A DNA stretch of 64,000 nucleotides from an uncultured Verrucomicrobiae bacterium (GCA_963836755.1 CAWIKF010000001.1:64001-128000); one strand, 5' to 3'; positions 1 through 9,434 are shown, counted from the stretch's first letter. Numbers and translations: made by a program. Notes: generated from the sequence alone by a model not told the origin.

Positions 1-1236
1 CGACGTCGGCGGCGCGAAAAGATCGAGCTGCTTCGCCGGTCGCAACCGCGCCGCGAGCGCATCGGAATCGAGCGCGAGCACGTGCGGATTGTGATCGGCG
101 GTGATGATGAACGGGGAAACTTTTTTCATCGGAACTTTGATCCGCGCGAGATCGGCGAGACGGATTTTGTGCCAGCGCCGCGCGCGTAAAAGTCGGTCCA
201 CATTCCGCACGCCGAGGCCCGGCACGCGCAGCATCAGCGCGCGCGGCGCTTTGTTGATATCGACTGGGAAAACGTGGCGATTGCGGAGCGCCCACGCGAG
301 CTTCGGATCGATTCGCAGATCGAGATTCGGCGCGTCGGGCGGCGTGATCTCCTCCGCGCGAAATTCGTAAAAGCGCATCAGCCAATCGGCCTGGTAAAGG
401 CGGTGTTCGCGCACGAGCGGCGGCGCGATCAGCGGCAGCTTGCTCGAGGCGTCCGGGATCGGGCTGAATGCCGAGTAGTAAACGCGACGTAAACGGTGCG
501 TTTGATAAAGCGCCGACGCCTCCTGTAAAATCGCCGTGTCGTTCGCCTCGGTTGCGCCGACGATCATCTGAGTGCTTTGACCGGCGGGCGCGAACGCGGG
601 TGCCTTCGCGCTTTGTTTACGTTCTGCTTTCGCCGCGTCGATGCGCGTTTTGATGCCGCTCATCGCGCCGTGGATGTTTGCGTGATTTTTTTCGGGCGCG
701 AGTTTTTGCAAATCCTCGCGCCGCGGCAGCTCGATATTGATGCTGATCCGATCAGCGTAGCGGCCGGCTTCGGCGATTAATTCCGGCGCAGCCTCGGGGA
801 TCGTTTTGAGATGGATGTAGCCTTTGAACCGATGCTCGAGGCGCAAAACTTTTGCCACGCGCACGACCTGTTCCATCGTGTAATCGGGGTCGCGGATGAT
901 GCCGCTGCTGAGAAAAAGTCCCTCGATGTAATTGCGCCGGTAAAAGTCGAGCGTGAGCTGCACCACCTCCTCCGCGGTGAATCGCGCGCGCTGCACACTG
1001 CTCGACGCGCGGTTAATGCAGTATAAACAATCGTAGATGCAGTAATTCGTCAGCAGTATTTTTAACAAGGACACGCAGCGACCATCGGGCGTGTAGCTGT
1101 GGCAAATGCCGGAGCCGGTGGTCGAACCGATGCCGCCTGAGCCGCGCGAATTGCGTTTCGTGGTGCCGCTGCTCGCGCAGGAGGCGTCGTATTTTGCGGC
1201 GTCCGCGAGGATGGCGAGTTTTTGCTGAAGCTCCAC
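1..1236 (-). CDS. Putative DNA modification/repair radical SAM protein (3' end runs off the window)
   Basis: Not in the ORF track; translated by hand from GTG at 1236: MELQQKLAILADAAKYDASCASSG...GICHSYTPDGRCVSLLKILLTNYCIYDCLYCINR...FYRRNYIEGLFLSSG...GYIHLK. It carries the CxxxCxxC radical SAM motif and the N-terminus typical of this family. The frame is open to position 1. Confidence 0.9.
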   Translation of the reverse strand, partial: MELQQKLAILADAAKYDASCASSGTTKRNSRGSGGIGSTTGSGICHSYTPDGRCVSLLKILLTNYCIYDCLYCINRASSSVQRARFTAEEVVQLTLDFYRRNYIEGLFLSSGIIRDPDYTMEQVVRVAKVLRLEHRFKGYIHLKTIPEAAPELIAEAGRYADRISINIELPRREDLQKLAPEKNHANIHGAMSGIKTRIDAAKAERKQSAKAPAFAPAGQSTQMIVGATEANDTAILQEASALYQTHRLRRVYYSAFSPIPDASSKLPLIAPPLVREHRLYQADWLMRFYEFRAEEITPPDAPNLDLRIDPKLAWALRNRHVFPVDINKAPRALMLRVPGLGVRNVDRLLRARRWHKIRLADLARIKVPMKKVSPFIITADHNPHVLALDSDALAARLRPAKQLDLFAPPTS

Positions 1237-1328
1237 GGCATGGCATTATCGCGCAGCGACCGGAGCTCGCAAGTCCGGTGCGGCAACCTTTCAATTTTCG
1301 CCGCGTCATTTTAAGATACGCCCTTCCA

Positions 1329-2357
1329 ATGCTGACGACGCGCCGCAAGCCGGTTTATCCGATCCAGCCGCCGCTGCGCGAATATCTCGCGCAATTCGGC
1401 CGCGAGATGAAGCTGCCGATCACGTATAATGACCTGCGCAGTTTCCGCGAATCGGTGCCGCTTTTGGACAAGAACGAAAAGGAAACGCTCTGGACGGCGG
1501 TGATGTATCACTCGTTTGAAATGGAGCGGCTGCACGAGGGCTTGAAGGAAATTTACGCGCTGCTGAAGGCCGGCGGCGATCGCTCGGTGATGTCGCATCT
1601 CTACGTCGATCGCATCGATTTTTGCAGCTTCGGAAACTCGGAGCCGTTCCGGGTGCGCATCGTGAATTCCTACAACGACAACCAAGATTACTTTTACGTG
1701 AAGCGGGCCGATGCGTCGCGCGTTTACGGGCTGGAGCTCGAGCATTTGCTCTCGCCGAACCGGATGCACTTTCTCACGTGCGAAGAGACATTGATCGAGG
1801 AGCATGTGGCGGGAATTCCGGGCGACATTTTCATCAAGGAATGGCTGCACAATCCGCAGGTGAAAATCGTGCGGCTCGCGAAGGAGCTCGTGAAATTCAA
1901 CGAGCGCTGCCTCATCCGGCTGCTCGGCGACATGCGCTCGTGCAACTTCGTGATGGACATGACGCCGGACGTCGAGGAGGTGCAAATCCGCATCCGCCCG
2001 ATGGACTTTGACCAGCAGAGTTACAACGGCCGGAAGAACTTTTACCGGCCGCAATTTTTCAAGTCTAACCGCGCGCTCGTCGCGTATTGCCTCAAGCATT
2101 TGAACGCACACACCGCGCGGCAATATCAGCGCGAGGAGCAATCGCTGATCCTGCGCCGGATGAACGTCACCGGCGATCGGCTCACGCAGCTGATGAACGT
2201 GATGATGAGCGATCCGATCTCGTTTGAGGACAAAGTCGAGCATCTGCGCGCGGACCTCGCGGAGCATTACAAGGACGCCTCTTATGAAAAACTGGAGACG
2301 ATGGGCGCGCTCGTGCAGCACAACCTCCGCTCGCTCAATGATCGGCTCAAACGCTGA
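1329..2357 (+). CDS. Conserved hypothetical protein, possibly an atypical kinase-like fold
   Basis: Long ORF with protein-like composition; ATG at 1329 (MLTTRRKPVYP). Motifs FYVK, LLGDMRSCNF and RPMDFD resemble kinase beta3-Lys, catalytic-loop and DFG-like motifs. Confidence 0.75.
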   Translation: MLTTRRKPVYPIQPPLREYLAQFGREMKLPITYNDLRSFRESVPLLDKNEKETLWTAVMYHSFEMERLHEGLKEIYALLKAGGDRSVMSHLYVDRIDFCSFGNSEPFRVRIVNSYNDNQDYFYVKRADASRVYGLELEHLLSPNRMHFLTCEETLIEEHVAGIPGDIFIKEWLHNPQVKIVRLAKELVKFNERCLIRLLGDMRSCNFVMDMTPDVEEVQIRIRPMDFDQQSYNGRKNFYRPQFFKSNRALVAYCLKHLNAHTARQYQREEQSLILRRMNVTGDRLTQLMNVMMSDPISFEDKVEHLRADLAEHYKDASYEKLETMGALVQHNLRSLNDRLKR

Positions 2358-2359
2358 TC

Positions 2360-3799
2360 CTATGCGGCCTGCAGCCTGAGTGTGATTTCGAGTCCGCCCG
2401 TCTCGCGGTTGTGCGCGGTGACGGTTCCGCCGCACGACTCGACGCATGTTTTGACAATCGCGAGTCCGAGTCCGACGCCTCCGGTTTCGCGGTTACGCGA
2501 AACATCGATTCGGAAAAATGGGTCGAAAATCTGCGCCAGCGAATTCGGTGGAATGCCCGGCCCGCTGTCGGCGATCGCGAGCGAAATTTCGTCGCCCGCG
2601 CGCGTCGCGGAAATCACGATCGGCCCCGCCGCGGCCGCGTAACGAATGGCGTTGCGGATCAGATTTGCAACGGAGCGCAGCAACAATTTCGGCTCGCCCA
2701 TCACGCGTAAATTTTCCGCGATATCGACTCGAATTTTGACGTCATCGGCGGCCTCGCGCGCGACCGCATTTTCCACCAGATCGCGCAGCGCGATCGGCTG
2801 AAGCTTGATTTCGCTGGCATTGAGCGTCGCTTTTGAAAATGAAAGCAACTCATTCACGAGGCTGGAAATGTGCTGCAATTCTTCCTGCACATCGGCGACA
2901 TAGCCGAGTTGATTTTCGGCGGCGCGCGTTTCCAAAATACCAAGCGCCATTTGCATCCGCGCGATCGGCGTGCAGAGCTCGTGCGCCGTGTCGCCGAGAA
3001 ATCTTTTTTGTCCGCTCACAAAACCCGCGAGCCGCGCGGCCATGCGATTGACCGCGGCGCCGAGCGCGCCAAGCTCGTCGCGCCGATTTTCCGGGACGCT
3101 CACATCGAAACGGCCCGCCGCGATTTGTTTCGTCGCCTCGGTCAGCAGCGAAAGCGAGCGCGTGATGCCGCCGACGAGCGGCAGCCAGAATAGGATGGAA
3201 AAAATCAGCGCGCTCGCCGCCGCAATGAGCAGCGGTTTCGGATCAAAAAAGAGTCCGCCGCCGCTCAGCGACTCGGACGCGATGACGAGCGCGAGCGGGC
3301 CGCGGTGCTCACCGTCCGGCAGTCGGAGATCCTCGATCATCCAATAGCGAGTCGGATGCGAGGAATGTAAAATTTTTTGAAAGTGCGGATCGGGTGGAGG
3401 CGGCGGACGCGGAGCCTCTGGTGGGGGCTCGAACCGCGGATCGTCTAGCGGCGGGCGCGGCGGCGGCATTGCAAGTTTTGCGCGAATCTCCTCCGGAAGC
3501 GCAATCTGCGCGCCCGCGAGCTGTGTGCCGTCTCTCCGAAAAATGAAAAACTGGAGGTGATACGCGTTGTCGAACCGCGTGAGCACCGCGTTCCATTTTG
3601 GCCGCACGGCGCCCCGCAATTCGCTCGCGATGACATCGCGCACCGCTTCGATGCGGGCGTTCGGGCCGCCGGCGATCAGCGTGTCGAGCCCGAAGCGCAG
3701 CTGCGCGTGGAAAATCGCGAAGAATGCGGCTGCGATGAGCAGAAGGTTCGCGAAAAACCAAAGCAAGATTTTTGCATAAAGCGGGAAGCGAATTTTCAC
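2360..3799 (-). CDS. Sensor histidine kinase (HAMP-HisKA-HATPase_c), CpxA/BaeS-like
   Basis: Two TM segments; HAMP (RRDELGALGAAVNRMA); H-box AHELCTP; N-box NLIRNAIRY; DSGPGI; GGVGLGLAIV. Overlaps the response regulator stop. Confidence 0.95.
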   Translation of the reverse strand: MKIRFPLYAKILLWFFANLLLIAAAFFAIFHAQLRFGLDTLIAGGPNARIEAVRDVIASELRGAVRPKWNAVLTRFDNAYHLQFFIFRRDGTQLAGAQIALPEEIRAKLAMPPPRPPLDDPRFEPPPEAPRPPPPPDPHFQKILHSSHPTRYWMIEDLRLPDGEHRGPLALVIASESLSGGGLFFDPKPLLIAAASALIFSILFWLPLVGGITRSLSLLTEATKQIAAGRFDVSVPENRRDELGALGAAVNRMAARLAGFVSGQKRFLGDTAHELCTPIARMQMALGILETRAAENQLGYVADVQEELQHISSLVNELLSFSKATLNASEIKLQPIALRDLVENAVAREAADDVKIRVDIAENLRVMGEPKLLLRSVANLIRNAIRYAAAAGPIVISATRAGDEISLAIADSGPGIPPNSLAQIFDPFFRIDVSRNRETGGVGLGLAIVKTCVESCGGTVTAHNRETGGLEITLRLQAA

Positions 3800-4527
3800 G
3801 CGCGCGCGGGATCGAAAAACATGTAGCCTGCGCTACGGACGGTGCGGATGAAGTGCGGCGCCTTCGCGTCGTCGCCCAATTTTTTTCGAAGCGTGGAAAT
3901 GTGGACATCGATCGAGCGATCAAAAACTTCGTAATCGCGATCGCGGATTTCCTCGAGCAACTGCTCGCGCGTTTTGATGCGGCCGCGTGCGCGGGCGAGC
4001 GAGACGAGCAGGTCAAACTCGACCGGCGTGAGTGCGAGCGGCACGTCGCCGAGCACTGCGACGCGAGAGGAGATTTGCAGGCGAAGCTGATCGAAAACCA
4101 ATTCGTCGGCAGGCCCGGAAGCGGCTTCATTACTTGATCGGCGAACAGTGCGGCGCGTGACAGCGCGCAGTCGCGCGAGCAATTCGCGTGGCGAAAACGT
4201 TTTCGGCAAATAATCATCGGCGCCAATTTCAAGACCGACGATACGATCGGCTTCCTCGCCGCGCGCGGTGAGCATGAGCACCGGCACATCGCTCGCGGTG
4301 CGGATTTTTTTCAAGATCTCGAAGCCGTCGAGACCCGGCAGCATGAGATCAAGGATGATCGCGTGCCACGGCTCCGCGACTGCTCGCTCCGCTCCTTCGC
4401 CGCCGTGATGCACGGCCTCCACCTCGTATCCCATCGGATCGAGATAGTCGCGGATCAGCCGGCAGAGTTTGCGATCATCATCGATGACGAGCAAACGCGG
4501 GCGCTGTGGGCGGGAGGGAGAATTCAT
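3796..4527 (-). CDS. OmpR/PhoB-family response regulator
   Basis: Receiver motifs LVIDDD, LDLMLP, MLTARG and GADDYLPK; winged-helix motif DRSIDVHISTLRKKL...TVRSAGY. Confidence 0.95.
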   Translation of the reverse strand: MNSPSRPQRPRLLVIDDDRKLCRLIRDYLDPMGYEVEAVHHGGEGAERAVAEPWHAIILDLMLPGLDGFEILKKIRTASDVPVLMLTARGEEADRIVGLEIGADDYLPKTFSPRELLARLRAVTRRTVRRSSNEAASGPADELVFDQLRLQISSRVAVLGDVPLALTPVEFDLLVSLARARGRIKTREQLLEEIRDRDYEVFDRSIDVHISTLRKKLGDDAKAPHFIRTVRSAGYMFFDPARA

Positions 4528-4570
4528 GCGCGGTCGAAAGTAGGCGACTCGTTCGCTGCAGGCACAAACT

Positions 4571-4588
4571 TTTACACTTCTTTAACAA
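4571..4588 (+). promoter_or_regulatory. Candidate OmpR-family binding site (tandem direct repeat)
   Basis: TTTACAC and TTAACAA at 11-bp spacing in the divergent gap between the response regulator and the EF-hand gene. Confidence 0.4.
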
Positions 4589-4682
4589 ATTTCCGCGCGC
4601 GCACACATCATCTCTTAACACAGCGGCGCTAGGTTTTTGCCCAGACAGCGCAGTATGTGCGGTCGTTTAAACAAACATAACT

Positions 4683-5369
4683 ATGAAATTAAAATCGATC
4701 CTTCGTTCCGGTCTCGGCGCCGCGGCTCTGCTCGCGGCCGGCACCGGCTTCACCGCTCCTCAATCGAGCAACAGTCAACCTCCGCCACCTCCGCCGTTGC
4801 CGCCAATTCTGTCCGCACTTGACGCCAACAACGACGGCGTGATCGACGCGGACGAAATCGCCGCCGCGAGCAAAGTGCTGGCGGCGCTCGACACGAACAG
4901 CGACGGGGCATTGAGCCTTTACGAGCTGCTGCTGCCGCCGCTCGCCGGCGGAAAAGATCCGTCATCCACGCCAGATGCGAGCCCCAGCGCCAATGCCAGC
5001 CCCAGCGCGACGCCGGATGCGTGGAGCCAGGGAGTCGGTTCCGGACACAAATCGAAGTCGCACAGCCGCAGTCAAAATGGTCCGCCACCGCCGCAGCTTT
5101 CGATGATGGCGGCGCTGCGCCTCGTCGCCGCGCTTGACGTGAACCAGGATTATTTTGTCGACGCCGATGAAATCAAAAACGCCAGCCAGGCGTTGCTGAA
5201 GCTCGACAAAAACGGAGACGGAAAGCTGACTGCCGAAGAGTTGCAAAACCCGCCGCCAATGCCGCCGGATGGCGGGCAACAGCGCGGCCAAAACACCATA
5301 AATATAATGCCGGGCGGCCTTGCGCCGGGAAACATGCCTCCGCCACCTCCGCCGGGCGGCCGACGCTAA
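4683..5369 (+). CDS. Secreted proline-rich EF-hand (Ca2+-binding) protein
   Basis: Signal peptide; four EF-hand-like loops DANNDGVIDADE, DTNSDGALSLYE, DVNQDYFVDADE and DKNGDGKLTAEE; poly-Pro tracts. Confidence 0.88.
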   Translation: MKLKSILRSGLGAAALLAAGTGFTAPQSSNSQPPPPPPLPPILSALDANNDGVIDADEIAAASKVLAALDTNSDGALSLYELLLPPLAGGKDPSSTPDASPSANASPSATPDAWSQGVGSGHKSKSHSRSQNGPPPPQLSMMAALRLVAALDVNQDYFVDADEIKNASQALLKLDKNGDGKLTAEELQNPPPMPPDGGQQRGQNTINIMPGGLAPGNMPPPPPPGGRR

Positions 5370-5375
5370 AAAACC

Positions 5376-5414
5376 GGGCTGGGCTTCAAAGGCGATTTGG
5401 GGCCCGGCCTTTTT
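5376..5414 (+). terminator. Rho-independent terminator between the convergent EF-hand gene and recA
   Basis: GGGCTGGGCTTCAAA-ggcga-TTTGGGGCCCGGCCT stem (with G-U pairs) followed by TTTT; an A-run lies upstream. Confidence 0.7.
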
Positions 5415-5430
5415 ATGCGAAAAAACGCCG

Positions 5431-6468
5431 CTACTTTTTGTCCGCGTCGAGCGCAGCTTTCACAGCGACTTCAATTTCCTCGTAAAGCGCGCGATCCGTT
5501 TTTAGAACTTCCTTGGCGGCGTCGCGACCTTGGGCGAGCTGGTTGCCCTTGTAGCTGAGCCAAGAGCCTCGTTTTTCCACGATGTTCTTTTCAAGCGCGA
5601 GATCGAGCAGCGAGCCGGTGGTCGAGATGCCTTCGTTATACATGATGTCGAACTCCGCCTCGGTGAACGGAGGTGCGACTTTGTTTTTAACAACCTTTAT
5701 CTTTGTGCGGTTGCCGACGACTGTGCCATCCGGCTGCTTGATCGCGCCGATGCGCCGAATATCCATGCGCACGCTGGAGTAAAATTTCAGCGCCTTGCCG
5801 CCGGGCGTCGTTTCGGGATTGCCAAACATCACGCCGATTTTTTCCCGAATCTGGTTGGTGAAAATGCACGTCGTCCGCGCTTTCGAGATCAGCGCCGTCA
5901 ATTTCCGCAAAGCCGCGCTCATCAACCGCGCCTGGGCACCGACTGTGACATCACCGATCTCGCCCTCGAGTTCCGCTTTGGTCACGAGAGCCGCGACGGA
6001 ATCGATGACGATGACATCGAGCGCGTTTGATCGCACAAGTGTTTCACAAATGCGGAGCGCTTCTTCGCCGGAGCTGGGCTGTGAGACGAGCAACTCGTCG
6101 AGATTCACGCCGAGCTTGCGCGCGTATTGCGGGTCGAGCGCGTGCTCGACATCGATGAACGCCGCGAGACCGCCGCGCTTCTGCGCCTGCGCAATCACGG
6201 TCAAAGTGAGCGTCGTTTTGCCAGAAGATTCCGGGCCGAAAATTTCGACGACACGGCCGCGTGGAACGCCGCCAACGCCGAGCGCGCGGTCAATCAAAAT
6301 ATTGCCGGTGGGAATCACGTCGATATCGACGACCTGCGCGTCGCCGAGTTTCATGATCGCGCCTTCGCCGTAGTCTTTCGCGATTTGTTGAATCGCAAGA
6401 TCGAGATTTTTGTTACGAGCGGCGGTGACTTTGTCTTCCTGGGGTTTTTCTTCGAGTTTGGCGGCCAT
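5431..6468 (-). CDS. recA: Recombinase RecA
   Basis: GPESSGKTT Walker [51 protein letters not shown]. Confidence 0.99.
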   Translation of the reverse strand: MAAKLEEKPQEDKVTAARNKNLDLAIQQIAKDYGEGAIMKLGDAQVVDIDVIPTGNILIDRALGVGGVPRGRVVEIFGPESSGKTTLTLTVIAQAQKRGGLAAFIDVEHALDPQYARKLGVNLDELLVSQPSSGEEALRICETLVRSNALDVIVIDSVAALVTKAELEGEIGDVTVGAQARLMSAALRKLTALISKARTTCIFTNQIREKIGVMFGNPETTPGGKALKFYSSVRMDIRRIGAIKQPDGTVVGNRTKIKVVKNKVAPPFTEAEFDIMYNEGISTTGSLLDLALEKNIVEKRGSWLSYKGNQLAQGRDAAKEVLKTDRALYEEIEVAVKAALDADKK

Positions 6469-6524
6469 AATTTTCCGGATTTAGATGCGAGCGGCGACGC
6501 TAACAGAGCCGGTGCGCATTGCAC

Positions 6525-6564
6525 AAAAAAAATAACCCGCGCACTTTGTCATGCGCGGGTTATT
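6525..6564 (-). terminator. Rho-independent terminator of the Hsp20 operon
   Basis: Perfect 13-bp inverted repeat AATAACCCGCGCA / TGCGCGGGTTATT with a T-run on the minus strand (A8 at 6525-6532), about 20 bp after the Hsp20 stop. Confidence 0.85.
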
Positions 6565-6586
6565 CGTCGTTGTCTAACTGGTTGTT

Positions 6587-6964
6587 TTAGTCGGTGACCG
6601 CAATTTTGCGCGGCTTCACGCGTTCTGCCTTCGGCAGCGTCAGCGTCAGGATTCCCTGTTCCATTTTGGCGGTAATTTTTGCCGCATCAATGTCAGGATC
6701 GAGATCGAAAACGCGCTTGTAATCGAGCTGCCGTGATTCGCGATAAACTGGCTCGCCCGGCAGCGCGGAATCGCCGCGCCGGCCGACGATCATCAGTTCA
6801 TTGTTCTCGACAGTGACTTCCAAACCATCCTTGCCGACGCCCGGCATTTCGGCCTCCATCACGTAGCCATCTTCGGTTTCGAGGATGTTCGCAGGCGGCG
6901 TCGCATAACTCACCTGTCGCGCCGATGCGTCGCTGCGATCTTCTTTTTTCGTCAGTGTATTCAT
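6587..6964 (-). CDS. Hsp20/alpha-crystallin small heat-shock protein
   Basis: PPANILETEDGY...EMPGV...YKRVFDL...AKMEQGILTLTLPKAE. Confidence 0.95.
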   Translation of the reverse strand: MNTLTKKEDRSDASARQVSYATPPANILETEDGYVMEAEMPGVGKDGLEVTVENNELMIVGRRGDSALPGEPVYRESRQLDYKRVFDLDPDIDAAKITAKMEQGILTLTLPKAERVKPRKIAVTD

Positions 6965-7022
6965 TTTGCTAAACTCCCTTTGTTTTGTTTGCCGAGCGGA
7001 CGTTAATCCGCCCGAAGTTGTT

Positions 7023-7490
7023 TCAGGAAACGTTGACTTCGATTTGTTTCGGTTTCGCTTCCTCGGCCTTCGACAAGGTGATTGCGAGGACGCCGTCTTT
7101 GTAAACAGCTTTCACGTTTTGCCCGTCGACGGCGGTCGGAAGCGTGAGGCTGCGCTGGAATTTCCCAAAGTAGCGCTCGCTGCGAAACGCCTCTCCCTCC
7201 TTTTCCTTCGATTCGCGTTTGCGCTCGCCGGAAATGCTTAGCGTCCGATCATGCAGCGAGATATCGATCTCTTCTTTTTTGAGGCCTGGCAGCTCGAACT
7301 TCACGAAGACATGGTCTTTGTCCTGGCTGACATCGAGCGCCGGCGTCCAGCCGCTGAAGAGGCCGTTTTCGCCGCTGAAATCCGGGAGCGCAGAATCGAA
7401 GAGTCGATTCAAGTCGTCCCGCAGCGAAAATAGACGATCAAACGGCGTCCAGCTTGGTGACTCAGGTCGGTTATATCTGATGATGTTCAT
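7023..7490 (-). CDS. Hsp20/alpha-crystallin small heat-shock protein
   Basis: WTPALDV...ELPGL...RSERYFGKFQRSLTLP...AVYKDGVLAITL; SD-like AAGGAA upstream. Confidence 0.96.
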   Translation of the reverse strand: MNIIRYNRPESPSWTPFDRLFSLRDDLNRLFDSALPDFSGENGLFSGWTPALDVSQDKDHVFVKFELPGLKKEEIDISLHDRTLSISGERKRESKEKEGEAFRSERYFGKFQRSLTLPTAVDGQNVKAVYKDGVLAITLSKAEEAKPKQIEVNVS

Positions 7491-7528
7491 GATGATTCCT
7501 TTCTTGTAAAAAGTTCAAATCTTGGATC

Positions 7529-7545
7529 AGCTTTAGACGTGCCCG
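7529..7545 (-). promoter_or_regulatory. Candidate sigma54 (-24/-12) promoter of the Hsp20 operon
   Basis: The minus strand reads GGGCACGTCTAAAGC, i.e. GG-N10-GC with a GGCACG core, about 40 bp upstream of the ATG. NtrC-type palindromes lie further upstream. Confidence 0.5.
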
Positions 7546-7698
7546 CTAAATGTCTGAAACTGAAAAATTCTCAAGTCGATCATAACAAGCGAGTTAGGTT
7601 TATTCGGCCAAATTGCCCGAGTTTTCAGACGTGCCATTGCGACACAAGCGAATGTTCGGCTGTTTTTGTCCAGCGCGCCAAAATGACGCATGGCGGCG

Positions 7699-8760
7699 CT
7701 AGCTCGTTTTGGGATAGCTGCCCAAAATTTTGACGAACGTGCAGTGCTTTTCGAGGTCCGCCAATGCCTCAATCAAAGTCGGGTCTTGCTCGTGTCCGTC
7801 TACATCGACGAAGAAAAAATACTCCCACGCGCGCCGCTTCGATGGGCGGCTCTCGATTTTGCTCATGTTGATTTTGAGCCGCTGAAACGGCTCCAGCGCG
7901 GAAAACAGCGCCCCAGGTTTGTCTTGCACGCAAAACATCAGGGAGGTTTTGTCGTCGCCCGTTGGCGGACAGGTTTTGTGACCGATCACGAGAAAGCGTG
8001 TGGTGTTTTCCGGATTATCCTGAACGGAGCGGTCGACGATGTCTAAACCGTAGACATCGGCGGCCATCTGACCGGCGATCGCTGCGGCATCGGTTTCACG
8101 CGCGGCGAGCTCGGCCGCATGCGTCGTGCTCGCGACCTCGATCAAATCTGCATGCGGCAGATTATGACGAAGCCATTGCCGGCATTGGCCGAAAACCTGC
8201 GGATGCGAATACACTTTCCGAATCTGCTCGCGTGGAATTTTCGCGAGGAGATTGTTCTCGATCTTCAGCAAAAACGCCGCGCAGATTTTTAGCTCCGAAT
8301 CGATGAAAACATCGAGCGTGTAATTGACCGCTCCTTCCGTGGAATTCTCGATCGGCACGACGCCGTAATCCGCTTTGCCGCGTGAAACAACATTAAACAC
8401 TTCGGCAATGCTCGACTGCGCCGCGTATTCGACGCTCGCGCCGAATTTTTGACGCGCGGCTTGATGCGACCATGTCGCCGCCGGCCCGAGGTAGGCGATG
8501 GACAAATGTTTTTCGAGCGCGAGAGATGCCGACATGATCTCGCGATAAATCGCGCGCACCGATGCCTCCGGAAGCCGGCCGTGATTGCGCTTGAGCAGCG
8601 ATTGCAGCAACTGCTCTTCGCGTTCCGGCGCGTAAATCGCCATGCCGTCGCGCTTTTTTACGAGGCCGACTTCATGCACCAAATCGGCGCGTTCATTGAG
8701 CAGCGCGATTAACTTTGAATCGAGCTCATCGATTTTTTTCCGAATGTCGGAAAGTGTCAT
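7699..8760 (-). CDS. pheA: Chorismate mutase / prephenate dehydratase (P-protein)
   Basis: Start MTLSDIRKKIDELD at 8760 (AroQ domain); IAYLGP, PIENSTEG, SHPQVFGQC, NTTRFLVI, ACT domain IESRP. ATGA overlap with the scpB stop. Confidence 0.96.
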   Translation of the reverse strand: MTLSDIRKKIDELDSKLIALLNERADLVHEVGLVKKRDGMAIYAPEREEQLLQSLLKRNHGRLPEASVRAIYREIMSASLALEKHLSIAYLGPAATWSHQAARQKFGASVEYAAQSSIAEVFNVVSRGKADYGVVPIENSTEGAVNYTLDVFIDSELKICAAFLLKIENNLLAKIPREQIRKVYSHPQVFGQCRQWLRHNLPHADLIEVASTTHAAELAARETDAAAIAGQMAADVYGLDIVDRSVQDNPENTTRFLVIGHKTCPPTGDDKTSLMFCVQDKPGALFSALEPFQRLKINMSKIESRPSKRRAWEYFFFVDVDGHEQDPTLIEALADLEKHCTFVKILGSYPKTS

Positions 8761-9434
8761 GCGTTTTCCCCGTGCGGCTCGTGAGTCGGCTCCGTTACAC
8801 GTTCCGCGGGCGATGGTGCAGTTTCGCCGAGCGCCATTTGCGCGGTTGGTTTCGCCTCTTCGGCCGCCGGCAGATTCATGCGGCGCAGCTCGGTGGCGTT
8901 TGGAAGTTCGTCGAGATTTTTTAATCCGAAATGCTCCATGAAAAATTGCGTCGTCTCGTAAAGCAGCGGACGGCCGGGCACTTCCGCGCGGCCGGCGATG
9001 CGGATCAGCCCGCGCTCGAGCAACGAATTTACCATGCCGTCCACGGCCACTCCGCGCACGGCCTCGATGTCCGCGCGCGTGATCGGCTGGCGATATGCGA
9101 TGATCGCGAGCGTCTCGAGCGCCGGGCCGCTCAGCCGCGCCGGCTTGCTCTCGGGATAAAGTTGGCGCACCCATTTTCCGAACGCCGGATCGGTGACGAA
9201 GTGCCAGCCGTTCACTTGTTCAACGAGTTGAAAGCCCCGCTGCGCCTGGATTCCCTCGATTTTTAATTCCTCGATCAGCGCCGCAATCTGCGCCTCCTTC
9301 GCCTTCGCAAAATCGTGCATCTCCGCACCGTCGGTCTCCTGCGCCGCGCCCTTGAGCGCCGCGACGATCTCGCCGGGCTGCAGCGGTTTTTGCGAAGCGA
9401 AAAGGAGAGCCTCGACGACTTGCTTCAACAACAT
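8757..9434 (-). CDS. scpB: SMC-Scp complex subunit ScpB
   Basis: VEALLFAS...LSGPALETLAIIAYRQPITRADIEAVRGV...GRPLLYETT..F...FGL; ATG at 9434. Confidence 0.96.
   Translation of the reverse strand: MLLKQVVEALLFASQKPLQPGEIVAALKGAAQETDGAEMHDFAKAKEAQIAALIEELKIEGIQAQRGFQLVEQVNGWHFVTDPAFGKWVRQLYPESKPARLSGPALETLAIIAYRQPITRADIEAVRGVAVDGMVNSLLERGLIRIAGRAEVPGRPLLYETTQFFMEHFGLKNLDELPNATELRRMNLPAAEEAKPTAQMALGETAPSPAERVTEPTHEPHGENA

Noticed and set aside
8761..9174. N-terminal extension of pheA in the ORF track (similar extensions for scpB, the MFS, wzy, the GTs, the desaturase and the C-domain protein)
   Set aside because: The extensions overlap neighbouring genes and precede the family-typical N-terminus, so downstream starts were chosen.
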